A DNA stretch of 63,247 nucleotides, counting the filler, from Octopus bimaculoides (lineage: Eukaryota): assembly GCF_001194135.2 (NCBI RefSeq). It is 7 parts of 7 records of this genome, joined end to end, with 100 filler letters (N's around TTAATTAATTAA, not from the genome) between each part and the next. Parts side by side here need not be neighbours in the genome. Positions count along the whole stretch, not along the records: positions 22,107 to 38,153 come from NC_068996.1; positions 38,254 to 45,097 come from NC_068982.1; 5 more parts are not named here. One strand, written 5' to 3'. The notes under the pieces are model-generated. The model was not told the origin of the DNA. It ran no database searches and saw only the letters and a program-made list of their open reading frames with translations. Positions 26,385 to 39,353 of this stretch are shown here, in pieces; the first letter of the stretch is position 1, and the number at the start of each line of letters is the position of its first letter. The position numbers and the translations under genes are program-made.

Positions 26385-28420
26385 GTATGCATATGTAAAC
26401 ATATCGCCCACCAGATGCTCCAAATCACACATCCAAGTTTGAAAACTACCTCACAAACACAGAAGAATTTCTTACAAAATTGGAGCAACACACACATCAA
26501 TGTATTGCTTTTGGGTGGCTTCAACTACATCTATGCGGGACGGTCCTAGAATCTAATGTTCTCAGGAATGACACACTGGCAACAAGCACAAGTGGAGTCC
26601 CTGCTCAACTTTACCAATACTTCAATCAACCAGGACAAATAATATACTGGATTCCTGCTTCACAAACAATAGGGACATCATCCATAATATGAAAGTGACA
26701 TCGACACTGATCTCGGATCACAACATAATAGAGCTATGTAATGGGCCAAAAGCGCCTACAGACATACTGCCTATACGAAGCACCCGAAATTTCTCTTGTC
26801 TAGACTTTCATAAAGCTAACTGGAAATCGATTGAGAAAGGGATCCCCAAACAAGATTGGCCTAAATGTCTATCCACACCAGAGATTGACATGAAACTCAA
26901 ACATTTCATGTCCGCAATGCAAGCCATATGCGAAAAATCTGTCCCAGAGCACAAGGCCAACACACACACTAAAACAAGATCCCTAGGGAGAGGAAAATTC
27001 TCATGAGACAACGGACAAAGATTGCAGCCTGCCTGAGCAAACATCTCAAAAGTAGTGAAAAGTTCCTCCTGAAAAGAACGTTGTTTGAGACTGAGAAAAG
27101 TCTGCATCAATAGCATGAAAAACAGAGATCAGGCAAGCAGGCTTCGGTTATAGAAAATATTAAGTCAAACCCTAAAACTTTCTTTAACTTTGCCAAAGAA
27201 ACAGCCTCAGTGGTCAATACCCAACAAGATAGGGCCCCTCTACCAAAATGATGGCTCTCTCTCACAGGAAGCCCAATGAGGATAAGTAAAATATTGAATG
27301 AACGGTTCAAAAGTGTGCTCACTTTCCCTGTGGGACACAGGCAAGTGTACACAGCAGATTTCTTTGCCACTTCACCTTTAGCTAAAGAGGCGATAATAAT
27401 TGATTACATCAGCATTAAGGATGAAGACGTGAACTCAGTTGCTGGACCTGCAGTAATCCTTCTCAAATCATGCAAACGAGTCCTTGGAAAACCACTGAAG
27501 CTTCTTTTTCAGAGCTTCCTTGCAAGTAGTAAGCTTCCTTGCAAGTAGTAAGCTTCCTTGCAAGTAGTTAAGCTTCCTTGCAAGTAGTTAAGCTTCCTTG
27601 CAAGTAGTTAAGCTTCCAGGCAGTTTGAAGGAGAGAATAACATGCCCTATCCACAAAGGAGGAAGCAGAGTAAATGATAAAATTTATAGGTCTATCTCTC
27701 TGATGTCACACATAAACAAATTCCTCAAACTAATAGTTCGCAGGAAACTAATTGCATTCCTTGAAGAGTTAGACTTGCTGACTAACACCCAGCATGGTTT
27801 CCGATCGGGTAGAAGCTGCTTGACACAGCTCTTACAGCACTACGACTGGGTGTTAAAGCAGCTACTCAAGAACTCAAATGTAGACCTGATATATCTCGAC
27901 TTTGCAAAAGCCTTAGATAAAGTCGACCATGGTATGATATGTCACAAACTGTGTGGTCTCGGCATAGTCGAAAAACTTTCTAAAAGATAGAAGTCAAGCA
28001 GTGGTAGCCAATGGAGCCAATGGAACCAATGAAAACACATATAGAGAAAGGTGATCCAAAGGGTACTATCTTTGAATCACCGCTATTCATAATATCAGCT
28101 ACTCAGATAACCACCCTTGTTAGCAATGCAGACGACACAAAAGTCTCTCAAAGGATTCAGAACCCTGGAAATATTGCGTATCGACAACGTGAGTTGGACG
28201 CAAAATACAGGAGAGCTGAGGATAATATCCTAGAAGGACTTGTACCAAACTTTGGCATTGTAAGTTACATAAACAGCAGCACGTGGTGCTACTGAATAGT
28301 GCCAAGGATTTCAACATCGTCTTCAAAATATAGGACCCGACACTACATCTTGGCTTTCAAGGGCCCACATCTTTAATAGCCTTGCAAAATTCCTGAGAGA
28401 CCTGTATAGGTATCTTCAAA
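26385..28420 (+). mobile_element. Decayed CR1-group LINE ORF2 (APE endonuclease + reverse transcriptase), frameshifted
   Basis: APE motifs TYRPPD, LLLGGFN, ISDHN; linker FHKANW and IKSNPKTFF; RT motifs PIHKGG, QHGFRSGRSCLTQLL, LIYLDFAKALDKVDH, NADDTKV, spread over several frames with stops. Confidence 0.9.
27513..27617 (+). repeat. 19/20-bp minisatellite (5.4 copies) inside the CR1 ORF2
   Basis: agcttccttgcaagtagta x2, agcttccttgcaagtagtta x3, then agcttcc. Confidence 0.95.
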
Positions 28421-28793
28421 GGAACACTCTTTAACTCTCTTACTTTTTATACCTTTTTTTCTTATTCTTACTCCTCTTTATAATTTAGTTCTTTGTATAA
28501 TACATCTCTCTACAATATTACCACCTTTCTATTTTATCCATCTTACACCTCCTGGTTATTCATATGCCATTCTAAACCCACCCACCCCTACCTATGTTAT
28601 ATGACCCTTTCATATCTTTATCTTCAATAGTGAAACCTATACCATATATTCATATATCTTGCCCTATTACTCAATACATTTGTTTAGACTAATTTTTTAC
28701 CACCACTTAAAATATATACACAAATATATACATTTATTGCTTGTTATATATTTTTCCACACATTTCTCACCTATCATTAGTATTACTACTTAT

Positions 28794-29183
28794 ATTGTTG
28801 TTGTTGTTGTTGTTGGCACTCCGTCGAGGGTTCCAGTTGATCCAATCAACGAAACAGCCTGCTCGTGAAAAATAACGTGCAAGTGGCTGAGCACTCCACA
28901 GACACGTGTACCCTTAAATTAGTTCTCGGGGAGATTCAGTGTGACACAGAGTGTGACAAGGCTGGTCCTTTGAAATACAGGTACAACAGAAACAGGAAGA
29001 AAGAGTGAGAGAAGGTTGTGGTGAAAGAGTACAGCAGAGTTCGCCACCATCCCCTGCCGGAGCCTCGTAGAGCTTATAGATGTTTTCGCTCAATAAACAC
29101 TCACAACGCCCGATCTGGGAATCGAAACCGCGATCCTATGACCGCGAGTCCACTGCCCTAACCACTGGGCCATTGCGCCTCCA
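28794..29183 (-). mobile_element. tRNA-derived SINE, family C, full length with (ACA)n tail
   Basis: Head gtggaggcgcaatggcccagtggttaggg..gtttcgattcccag (A and B boxes); tail gagtgccaacaacaacaac. Near-identical to 33233-33613. Confidence 0.9.
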
Positions 29184-31756
29184 CACTACTTATATTATTA
29201 TTATCATAATCAACTATTGCCGATCTATTTGTTTATCTTTTATCTTTTTTTGTTGATGTACAAATACATTCTTTAATAATATTTTTTAGGTGTATACTTT
29301 TTACCCTAATTTATCTTTTTTTTATTTCTATTTTCCTTTATTCTTTTCACCCTTCTCTTTACTTCTATACTTTCTTCTTCTTAATCTTTTTTCTTACACT
29401 TTTTCCTTTTCCTTTTTTTATATAATTTGTTTGTTTTTTTCACATATGCCCCACATACGTGTGCGTTTGTATATGTTCATGTATGTATGTGCATGTTGTG
29501 TATGAGTATATATTTGTGTACATACATATGTATATATATATATATATATACATATATTTACATATGCCTACACGTGTGTATATGTGCATGTATGTATGTA
29601 TATATATATATATGTATGTATATGTATCTGTATATGTGTGTATGTGTATGTGTTTTTATATGTGTACGTATGAGTGTATATGTAAATGTACATATATATA
29701 TATNNNNNNNNNNNNNNNNNNNNNNNNNNNNNNNNNNNNNNNNNNNNNNNNNNNNNNNNNNNNNNNNNNNNNNNNNNNNNNNNNNNNNNNNNNNNNNNNN
29801 NNNNNNNNNNNNNNNNNNNNNNNNNNNNNNNNNNNNNNNNNNNNNNNNNNNNNNNNNNNNNNNNNNNNNNNNNNNNNNNNNNNNNNNNNNNNNNNNNNNN
29901 NNNNNNNNNNNNNNNNNNNNNNNNNNNNNNNNNNNNNNNNNNNNNNNNNNNNNNNNNNNNNNNNNNNNNNNNNNNNNNNNNNNNNNNNNNNNNNNNNNNN
30001 NNNNNNNNNNNNNNNNNNNNNNNNNNNNNNNNNNNNNNNNNNNNNNNNNNNNNNNNNNNNNNNNNNNTCTCTCTTACTCTACTTCCTTGTCTCTCGTTGC
30101 TCACCTATGTTCAACTTCCTCCCTTTTCCTCTCTCTACCACTCCTCGTTGATCACACGTGACCTGTGGTCAGTTCTTCCATTCGGCCAGCATAAAGGCAA
30201 CACGAACTGCTATCTCTCTCTGCTCAAGTTCGTCACATCACAGCGTTCAGTATCTCATCTCGTTCGGCCTAACGGCCCTCAACGTTGTTTTCCCCTGTGT
30301 TGGTTTCTGTTTGCTACTTTGGAATCCTCCGCGTAGCAGATTTCACCTAATTTACTTCGCGGGAAGAGTTATTCTAAGAGTGCCTTCTGCCTCATCTTCG
30401 AAACGCCTAGTTTAGAATAGAGGCAGCTAATGAAGGAAAAGTTCCATATGTGACTTGTCTGTTTTCCTATGTGTTCATTCTGTGGTCCGTAAAAAAAAGT
30501 TCGTTTTTTGTGCTTTGTTTATGTTCCCGTTCCTTTTTTGACGTCCTGTACCCGGATATGCATCTATACATACATGTAGATGTAGGTACGTACATATATG
30601 TATGTATATATGCATATGCTCACATATCATTTGCATTATATATATATATCACTACTCTATTACATCTCTTTTTTTCATATCCAGTTTCTTTATTCTTTTC
30701 TGTATTTTAACATACATAGCAGAGTTTTTTTACATTTAAATATAGTTCGTACATACCTTAGAAAATATTTTACCTGAAAATCTACTTAGCATTATCTCCC
30801 CTCCACTAATTCTCTAATCTATAAATTTTGAATAAATTTTTTTTCTCATAACAGTATCTTTTTTTCTCTCTAAATTCTGTAAAATTAATAACTTTTCCCT
30901 CTTTCTAACAATCGAATATAACACTATCTAACCATTTTTATTAGCATTATTTCACTATTATATAACTCCAATTAATTTTCTTCCCTAGCCCTTGATTTTC
31001 TATCTACTCATATAAATAAATCTAATCTACCTACACTCCCTATCCTAGCTATTTTAGCAACTGGTTCTTTTCTTTAAATTTTTAACAATTTTTATTCCAA
31101 ATATTTTTTTCATTTTACGCTACTCGTAATGATCAATCCACATAATAATTTAAATATGACTATGAAGTACCACTGAACGCTCATTCTTTATATGCTTTGT
31201 GTGTATATGTGACTGTATATATGCGTGTTTATTGATATGTATACAATATAATTTATTCCTTATGATATATACTTATATGGTATGTATTTCACAATATTAC
31301 CTATGCCCATAGAGAGAATGCTTCTTAATATTTCTAAATATCCGTTAGCCATACCATTTTTAGTTCCTACACAACTAGACCCAACACTACATAACCTTGT
31401 TTTTATATTTTATATTTCATCTTTCCTATTCTTTTTTTATTAATACCCAAGTGAGTTTATCCAACACGGACTCAGTGCAGTATCCTGTAACAACATATTT
31501 CTTCTTCTGATACGACTTTTCTCATGTTTCCTTCATTTTTTGCACTGACGAGAATGGTGATATATAATTAAATTAATTATAATTAACTTAATCTCTTCCA
31601 TGTTTCTTACATGTTGATGTTACCATTTGAAACGATCGTATGCATGGATTAAAATATTATCAAACTTTTGACATCTTCTCTTCTCCATCTTTAATTGTTT
31701 TGTTGAGTTTATATTAGGACTGTGCTCTTATAAATGCTCATAATACACCTTATACT

Positions 31757-31793
<37 letters not shown>

Positions 31794-32320
31794 NNNNNNN
31801 NNNNNNNNNNNNNNNNNNNNNNNNNNNNNNNNNNNNNNNNNNNNNNNNNNNNNNNNNNNNNNNNNNNNNNNNNNNNNNNNNNNNNNNNNNNNNNNNNNNN
31901 NNNNNNNNNNNNNNNNNNNNNNNNNNNNNNNNNNNNNNNNNNNNNNNNNNNNNNNNNNNNNNNNNNNNNNNNNNNNNNNNNNNNNNNNNNNNNNNNNNNN
32001 NNNNNNNNNNNNNNNNNNNNNNNNNNNNNNNNNNNNNNNNNNNNNNNNNNNNNNNNNNNNNNNNNNNNNNNNNNNNNNNNNNNNNNNNNNNNNNNNNNNN
32101 NNNNNNNNNNNNNNNNNNNNNNNNNNNNNNNNNNNNNNNNNNNNNNNNNNNNNNNNNNNNNNNNNNNNNNNNNNNNNNNNNNNNNNNNNNNNNNNNNNNN
32201 NNNNNNNNNNNNNNNNNNNNNNNNNNNNNNNNNNNNNNNNNNNNNNNNNNNNNNNNNNNNNNNNNNNNNNNNNNNNNNNNNNNNNNNNNNNNNNNNNNNN
32301 NACACACACACACACACACA

Positions 32321-32875
32321 CAGGGTGCGATGGGTAAATTGTTGTCATTTTTTTTTTTAATTCACGCATGCGCATTGTTTGTATTTGATTTTGTCGACTA
32401 CACAGTATAGCGGGGTCAGTTGGGCTCCGTCTGTGAGAAAAACACCACCATGACATAATTCACTGTGACAGAAATTTGGAAACGACATGCTGTACTGATT
32501 GGCATTTGCGCCGGAACCTCCAATACGAACATTTCAGAGTGTTTGGGACAGTGCAATCTGAGGACATGTACTGAGAGTGATATAAATCAAACATCCAGTC
32601 AACATCATGGTGTTCGAAGTGATAACTAGTGATGACGACTTTATGCCTTCATTCAACTTCCCACACAGCCTCAGACTCAACACGGCGGCCTACATCAAAT
32701 GCCTGGAGGAAGTAGTGCTGCTCTAGGACAAGAGGGTGGATGCTGGAAGACCTATGTCTGAGAACAGGACTCTGCACTATGCCACACAAGCAGGAGAACT
32801 CAGCCATGGCTGTCAGACAATTTCTGCGACCACATCACCCCTAACATCTAGCCAACTAACCCCCCAGACTGCAAC
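32321..32875 (+). mobile_element. maT/DD37D Tc1/mariner fragment (5' TIR + catalytic part)
   Basis: Starts cagggtgcgatgggtaaatt; decayed KHPVNIMVF, QDSA..HTSRRTQ, NSPDCN. Same family as 62436-63230, with a different deletion breakpoint. Confidence 0.85.
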
Positions 32876-33056
32876 CAAAAATTATCAAATACAACACGGA
32901 ATAACTTCTGAAATACGAAATTTTGTCAAACTGTTTAGCTAAAAACAGATAATTTTTAAAATCTGTGAACAAAACTGAACAGATCCGTTCTATTTAATAG
33001 GAACAAAGATTTTTTGCAGGATAGAGTTGTCATTTAGGGGAAATAACTCAAGATTT

Positions 33057-33135
33057 TACTTGCAAAGTTACTTCCCTTTGTATTATAAATCAATAATACT
33101 TGCAAAGTTACTTCCCTTTGTATTATAAATCAATA
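33057..33135 (+). repeat. Exact 40-bp tandem duplication
   Basis: tacttgcaaagttacttccctttgtattataaatcaata(a) twice. Confidence 0.9.
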
Positions 33136-33232
33136 GCAATTCGTTTTACTATTACTGCTTTCATATAAACACATACATACATACATTCATACATACATAC
33201 ATACATACATACATACATACATACATACATAC

Positions 33233-33613
33233 ATTGTTGTTGTTGGCACTCCATCGCGTACGACGTCAAGGGTTCCAGTTGATCCGATCAACGGAACAGC
33301 CTGCTCGTGAAATTAACGTGCAAGTGGCTGAGCACTCCACAGACACGTGTACCCTTAACGTAGTTCTCGGGGATATTCAGCGTGACACAGTGTGACAAGG
33401 CTGATCCTTTGAATTACAGGCACAACAGAAACAAGAAGTAAGAGTGAGAGAAAGTTGTGGTGAAAGAGTACAGCAGGGTTCGCCACCATCTCCTGCCAGA
33501 GCCTCGTGGGGCTTTAGGTGTTTTCGCTCAATAGACACTCACAACGCTCGGTCTGGGAATCGAAACCGCAATCCTACGACCGCGAGTCCGCTGCCCTAAC
33601 CACTGGGCCTCCA
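33233..33613 (-). mobile_element. SINE family C, full length (8-bp deletion in head)
   Basis: Colinear with 28794-29183. Confidence 0.9.
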
Positions 33614-33773
33614 CAACGCACATACATACGCACATACATGCATACGCACATATATACACACGCACATACATACACACGCACATACATACATACGCACATA
33701 CATACATACGCACATATATACACACGCACATACATACATACGCACATACATACATACGCACATACATACATAC
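33614..33773 (+). repeat. 16-18-bp compound minisatellite running into a gap
   Basis: (acgcacatacatacat)n variants. Confidence 0.85.
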
Positions 33774-35992
33774 NNNNNNNNNNNNNNNNNNNNNNNNNNN
33801 NNNNNNNNNNNNNNNNNNNNNNNNNNNNNNNNNNNNNNNNNNNNNNNNNNNNNNNNNNNNNNNNNNNNNNNNNNNNNNNNNNNNNNNNNNNNNNNNNNNN
33901 NNNNNNNNNNNNNNNNNNNNNNNNNNNNNNNNNNNNNNNNNNNNNNNNNNNNNNNNNNNNNNNNNNNNNNNNNNNNNNNNNNNNNNNNNNNNNNNNNNNN
34001 NNNNNNNNNNNNNNNNNNNNNNNNNNNNNNNNNNNNNNNNNNNNNNNNNNNNNNNNNNNNNNNNNNNNNNNNNNNNNNNNNNNNNNNNNNNNNNNNNNNN
34101 NNNNNNNNNNNNNNNNNNNNNNNNNNNNNNNNNNNNNNNNNNNNNNNNNNNNNNNNNNNNNNNNNNNNNNNNNNNNNNNNNNNNNNNNNNNNNNNNNNNN
34201 NNNNNNNNNNNNNNNNNNNNNNNNNNNNNNNNNNNNNNNNNNNNNNNNNNNNNNNNNNNNNNNNNNNNNNNNNNNNNNNNNNNNNNNNNNNNNNNNNNNN
34301 NNNNNNNNNNNNNNNNNNNNNNNNNNNNNNNNNNNNNNNNNNNNNNNNNNNNNNNNNNNNNNNNNNNNNNNNNNNNNNNNNNNNNNNNNNNNNNNNNNNN
34401 NNNNNNNNNNNNNNNNNNNNNNNNNNNNNNNNNNNNNNNNNNNNNNNNNNNNNNNNNNNNNNNNNNNNNNNNNNNNNNNNNNNNNNNNNNNNNNNNNNNN
34501 NNNNNNNNNNNNNNNNNNNNNNNNNNNNNNNNNNNNNNNNNNNNNNNNNNNNNNNNNNNNNNNNTTCCAAAAATTTAGCACATAAATACATATGCATGCA
34601 TCTAGACATAAAAACGCATCCATAAAACAAACTTACAAATCTGCGCATACACTAACACCAAATACTGCACACACACACATATGCTCAAATACCTAGATGA
34701 TGTTGATGAAAGTTCCAATGAAGGAGCCTTGAATCTATGTTAGAGTCCGGCTCTTTCTCTATAGACAAGAAATACAGAAATGAAACTGATTGATAACATA
34801 CATACATACATACATACATACATACATACATACATACATACATACATACATAGGTACCATCAACATCGGACGTGCAGGTGTAGAAGACCGTTTAAAAAGT
34901 CCATTTTGAATGCCTTCCTCTAGAAATATGCCGACTTCTCCAGCCTAAATCGGTAACTAGTTTATTTCTCCAATAATTAATATGAGAAACACCTTTTATT
35001 CGCCATCGTAGCGTTATCCTAAACAGATTTTAAAATATACACTTACACCACGTGGAATCTCGCTAACACGATTATGCTGAAACTAACACCACCACAGATG
35101 AAACTAACAACGTCACCACCGATGAAAACAGAACTTCTTTAGCAGTAAGTCATTTAAGAAGACCTAAGTACTCTTCTCAACAATTAATCCAAGATTTACT
35201 TCGGTGCTATGAATATGCCCGAGATGAGCCTTCCATCGGAAACATGAAGTGGTTNNNNNNNNNNNNNNNNNNNNNNNNNNNNNNNNNNNNNNNNNNNNNN
35301 NNNNNNNNNNNNNNNNNNNNNNNNNNNNNNNNNNNNNNNNNNNNNNNNNNNNNNNNNNNNNNNNNNNNNNNNNNNNNNNNNNNNNNNNNNNNNNNNNNNN
35401 NNNNNNNNNNNNNNNNNNNNNNNNNNNNNNNNNNNNNNNNNNNNNNNNNNNNNNNNNNNNNNNNNNNNNNNNNNNNNNNNNNNNNNNNNNNNNNNNNNNN
35501 NNNNNNNNNNNNNNNNNNNNNNNNNNNNNNNNNNNNNNNNNNNNNNNNNNNNNNNNNNNNNNNNNNNNNNNNNNNNNNNNNNNNNNNNNNNNNNNNNNNN
35601 NNNNNNNNNNNNNNNNNNNNNNNNNNNNNNNNNNNNNNNNNNNNNNNNNNNNNNNNNNNNNNNNNNNNNNNNNNNNNNNNNNNNNNNNNNNNNNNNNNNN
35701 NNNNNNNNNNNNNNNNNNNNNNNNNNNNNNNNNNNNNNNNNNNNNNNNNNNNNNNNNNNNNNNNNNNNNNNNNNNNNNNNNNNNNNNNNNNNNNNNNNNN
35801 NNNNNNNNNNNNNNNNNNNNNNNNNNNNNNNNNNNNNNNNNNNNNNNNNNNNNNNNNNNNNNNNNNNNNNNNNNNNNNNNNNNNNNNNNNNNNNNNNNNN
35901 NNNNNNNNNNNNNNNNNNNNNNNNNNNNNNNNNNNNNNNNNNNNNNNNNNNNNNNNNNNNNNNNATATATATATATATATATATATATATAC

Positions 35993-37200
35993 CAGTGAAC
36001 TAAGGTAACACCTCTTATTTTCGAGCACCAGCCGGAGTATTCGAGCGGTTCCAAGCAGTGCTATTTTCTGCAAGCGCCCCTCTCTTATTGCAGCCCCTAT
36101 TTGTTCCACGTATTTCTCACGTATTTTACTCACTGTTCCACAGGGCTCCGACAATTATTGGTATTACAACCACCTTTTTCATCAACCACAATTGTTTAAC
36201 CTCCCAAGCTAACCTGTCATATCTATCGACTTTTCTTTCTTCTCTTCCTTATCGCATATCTTGTTGCCAGCTGGGCATGCTATATCTATGATCCAGCTTC
36301 GTTTGCTTTCTTTCTCAACTAAGACTATATCCGGCTTCCTATTCTCTATCTCATGGTTGCACTGACTCATAAAATCCCATAGGATCTTTGCATTATCATT
36401 TTCGATGATGCCTTCGGATTTATGTTCGTACCACTTTTTTGTTCTGTCAAGTCCATACTTGTTCCAGTGTCCAATGGACAATCTTTGCCATATTGTCATG
36501 ACGTCTCATATTCTTTCTGGTCTAGTGGCGTATATTGACTGGTAATATGCCATACGGTTTGACCATTCTATCCACAAATTCTGCACTTATCATTTTCTGA
36601 TGTGTTGTCTATTCTGTATTTGATGTAATTGGTTCTTAATGCTTGCTCTTGGGCAGCACAGATTACAGCCTTCGCTTCCAGTTTTAATTCACTTCTAGTC
36701 ATCCACAGCCATCTTTTTTCTCTGTCTTATCTTCAACATCCCTATGAAACTGTCCATACATTCTTTTCTTTATCCAGCTATTTTCAGTTTCATTCATTCT
36801 CAAGTCTTTGTCAGCGCTTTATGTTTGCAATCTTCCATCCTAACAAACATGACATTCTTACTTCCAATAATAGCGGTTCTGTGGCAGTTTTTACATACCA
36901 TGCTATGTTGTTTTCTTCTGCTTTAAACTTAAAGTGGAGCACTTGCCTAGATACGCAAGTACTCCACCTTAAATTTTTCTGTCGTTTCTTTCTCCATCAA
37001 TTTATCCATTTCCAGTATCCCGAAATACTTATTGCCCGTCTCTTCTATCTGCTTCATAACGTCCCCCGACGGCATCGCTAGCCAATCCATACATTTGATT
37101 TTGCCTCTCTTCAAGACTAACACACCACACTTTTTCAGTCAGAACTCCATTCTGATATCAGCACTAAAAGTATACACAGTATTAACAAGGCACCATTGAT
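35993..37200 (-). mobile_element. Second, different R4/Dong-like element (late RT to RLE, 5'-truncated, decayed)
   Basis: FSADIRMEF*LKKCGVLVLKRGK (late RT), KILWDF, RKPDIVLV, IIDIACP, PIIVGALG, LQKIALLGTARILRLVL. Confidence 0.85.
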
Positions 37201-37207
37201 ATGGTGT

Positions 37208-38153
37208 ATTATTATTATTATCGTTCAGTAGTTTAATTTTTATAGCATGCTTTCACTTCACTACCGAGCGCAGCTCTGTGTGCCTTGGGTATGTGCTGTG
37301 GTTTGCTGTGATGCTCTTATGGTTACTGTATTGAAAGTGTTTTGCGTAGAATGTGTGCAGTGCCCAGTAGTGCAATTTTCTGTATGTTATATATGTCTGT
37401 AAGTCCTGGTGTTTTGTTATGTATTTGTCTGAATATATTTTATTATACCTAAGGCACCTACTATGATAGGAATTGTTTCTGTTTTTAGATTCCACATTCG
37501 AGTTACCTCTATTTCCAGGACTTTGTATTTTGAAAGTTTCTCCATTTCTTTTAGGGAAACGTTGTCATCTGCTGGTATTGATACATCAATTAGAAAGCAT
37601 TTTTTTTCTTCATGATCTTTGACAACTATATCTGGTCTATTTGCCTTAATTTCTCTATCTGTGTATATTGGCATAACCCACAGTATGATTGCTTTCTCGT
37701 TTTCTTGGACCTTTTCTGGCGTGTGTTTATACCATCTTTTTTCGGTTGTAATTCCATAGTGTTGGCATAGCTTCCAGTGTATATAGGTCCCATCTCTGTC
37801 CTGTCTGTGAAAATATTCCTTCTTAGCCAGGACTGGGCAGCCAGAGATAATATGATTTCTTGTTTCTTGTCCATCTCCACATATTCTACAGTTACTTGTT
37901 ATGTTTCTTTTCATTATATGTTTTTGGTAATTTCTGGTGGGGATGCTTTGGTCTTGTGCAGCAATTAAAAATCCTTCAGACTCTGCTTTGAGTTCTGAGC
38001 TTCTCAACCATTGCTGGGATTTTTCTCTGTCTATTTCTTTTGCATTTAGTTTAGCCCAGTATTTACCATGTAGAGGCTTTTCTTGCCATCGTTTTATCAT
38101 GGTCCGTTGCTGTTCTAGTTTGTTTGGATTTCATTTGTTTTATAGCTTTTATT
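37208..38153 (-). mobile_element. R4/Dong-clade non-LTR retrotransposon 3' end (CCHC knuckle + restriction-like endonuclease, 3' UTR, (TAA)n tail)
   Basis: WQEKPLHG, AAQDQ, CRICG..ETRNHIISGC, NRPDIVV, LIDVSIP, KLSKY, PIIVGALG. The 3' UTR ends in taataataat at about 37208-37225. The same 3' UTR recurs at 41548-41626. Confidence 0.9.
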
Positions 38154-38253
38154 NNNNNNNNNNNNNNNNNNNNNNNNNNNNNNNNNNNNNNNNNNNNTTA
38201 ATTAATTAANNNNNNNNNNNNNNNNNNNNNNNNNNNNNNNNNNNNNNNNNNNN
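38154..38253. other. Assembly join spacer
   Basis: N44-TTAATTAATTAA-N44. Confidence 0.95.
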
Positions 38254-38857
38254 ACAGCTGATCTAAAGCGCTACATCGGTATGGCGGAAAAAACTGTTGA
38301 ACTAACGACTTTTTCAACCTTTCTTTTTTTTCATCAGGCACATGCAGCCATGCAATGCAATAAAACTTACAAACTATGATGTGTTATTGAAAGAGATAAG
38401 GGCGGCATATGATATGAGGCTGGAAGAAATCCTAAAATGTAGGCCATGCATGAATGGTATCAGAAAATGAGACTTCTGTAGCACTGAATAGTTGGACTTT
38501 AACAGTCCTGGCTTCGCTGAATTATATTTGAACACTAAATCAGAGGCACCCGTCTCCTGTCCTCTTGCAGTGTATTCGCAGCTTCGCTATTTTGAATTTA
38601 CAATCGTTCAGAGCAACTCCGCTCAGGAATAAACGCTGAAATAATCAAGGATGGAGTCGATGCACGTGTGGTATCCCTGATAAAAATAGTAAATAAACAT
38701 CCCTCAAATTACACCACTTCGGAGAAAATACAAACCAAACAATGTAAAACCCCAGTGAGATGCACATAAATCGGGATGGGCATGACTGGATTACCTCTAA
38801 CTAAAGGGTTGCACGAAGGAAAAGATAAACGCAAGAAGAAGACTGTAATGTACTTAC

Positions 38858-39155
38858 GAACTGTCATCTCCGGGATACGGAAGATAATCGCATGTCTTAC
38901 TCTTTAAATCACAAGAATTACTAATTTTTAAAAGTTCCGTCGTTTGGCGAGCCGATGCGGGTGGTTTACAATGTTCAGCAGGAATGATGTTACAACTTCT
39001 GCTAGCGCTATCAAACAGTTTGTTGTTTGGACACATTCCAACACAACCGATCATTATGTCGCTGCAGACAATGAATCTACGAGTGTCCGCTGGGTCATGT
39101 TGCACAAAGATCTTTTGTTGCAGTGCTTTGCGAGTACACAGCAAATTGGTAAAAT
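38858..39155 (-). CDS. Internal exon encoding a CBM14/peritrophin-A-like chitin-binding domain plus the start of a second one
   Basis: Acceptor tttctgcttcttctag with upstream CTAAT branch-like site; donor TC|GTAAGTA at 38857 (phase 2). Translation ..LC..HDPADTRRFIVC..CPNNKLFDSASRSC..EHC matches the CBM14 pattern P-x-D-C-x-x-F-x-x-C...CP-x-x-x-x-FD-x5-C...C. A second repeat begins SC..YLPYPGDD. Downstream exons were not found; a scaffold join lies at 38154-38253. Confidence 0.8.
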
Positions 39156-39353
39156 CTAGAAGAAGCAGAAAGTACACTCAGGGTTAATTAGTCGAGCGCT
39201 AGAAGAAGAAAATAGCAAATTTAATTCATTGACCCATATATATATACATACTTACATACTTACGTCCATTTACACATCATACGTATATGACAGTATATGC
39301 GTAGTATGCATATATATATATATATATATAAGAATGTATATATATATATATAT

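Noticed and set aside
27513-27617. CRISPR-like repeat array
   Set aside because: Contiguous units with no spacers, eukaryotic context, derived from LINE sequence.
29100-29183. tRNA-like sequence with A and B boxes (also 33535-33613, 15028-15095)
   Set aside because: SINE heads attached to SINE bodies; no complete acceptor stem, so not tRNA genes.
35048-35077. 30-bp segment between ttagtttcag and GTAAGT (minus strand)
   Set aside because: No recognisable peptide, lies beside retroelement debris, and is beyond the scaffold join.
38400-38645. Possible fourth exon of the chitin-binding gene after acceptor ttatttcag
   Set aside because: The required phase gives S-V-Y-S-stop, and no frame completes the second domain.
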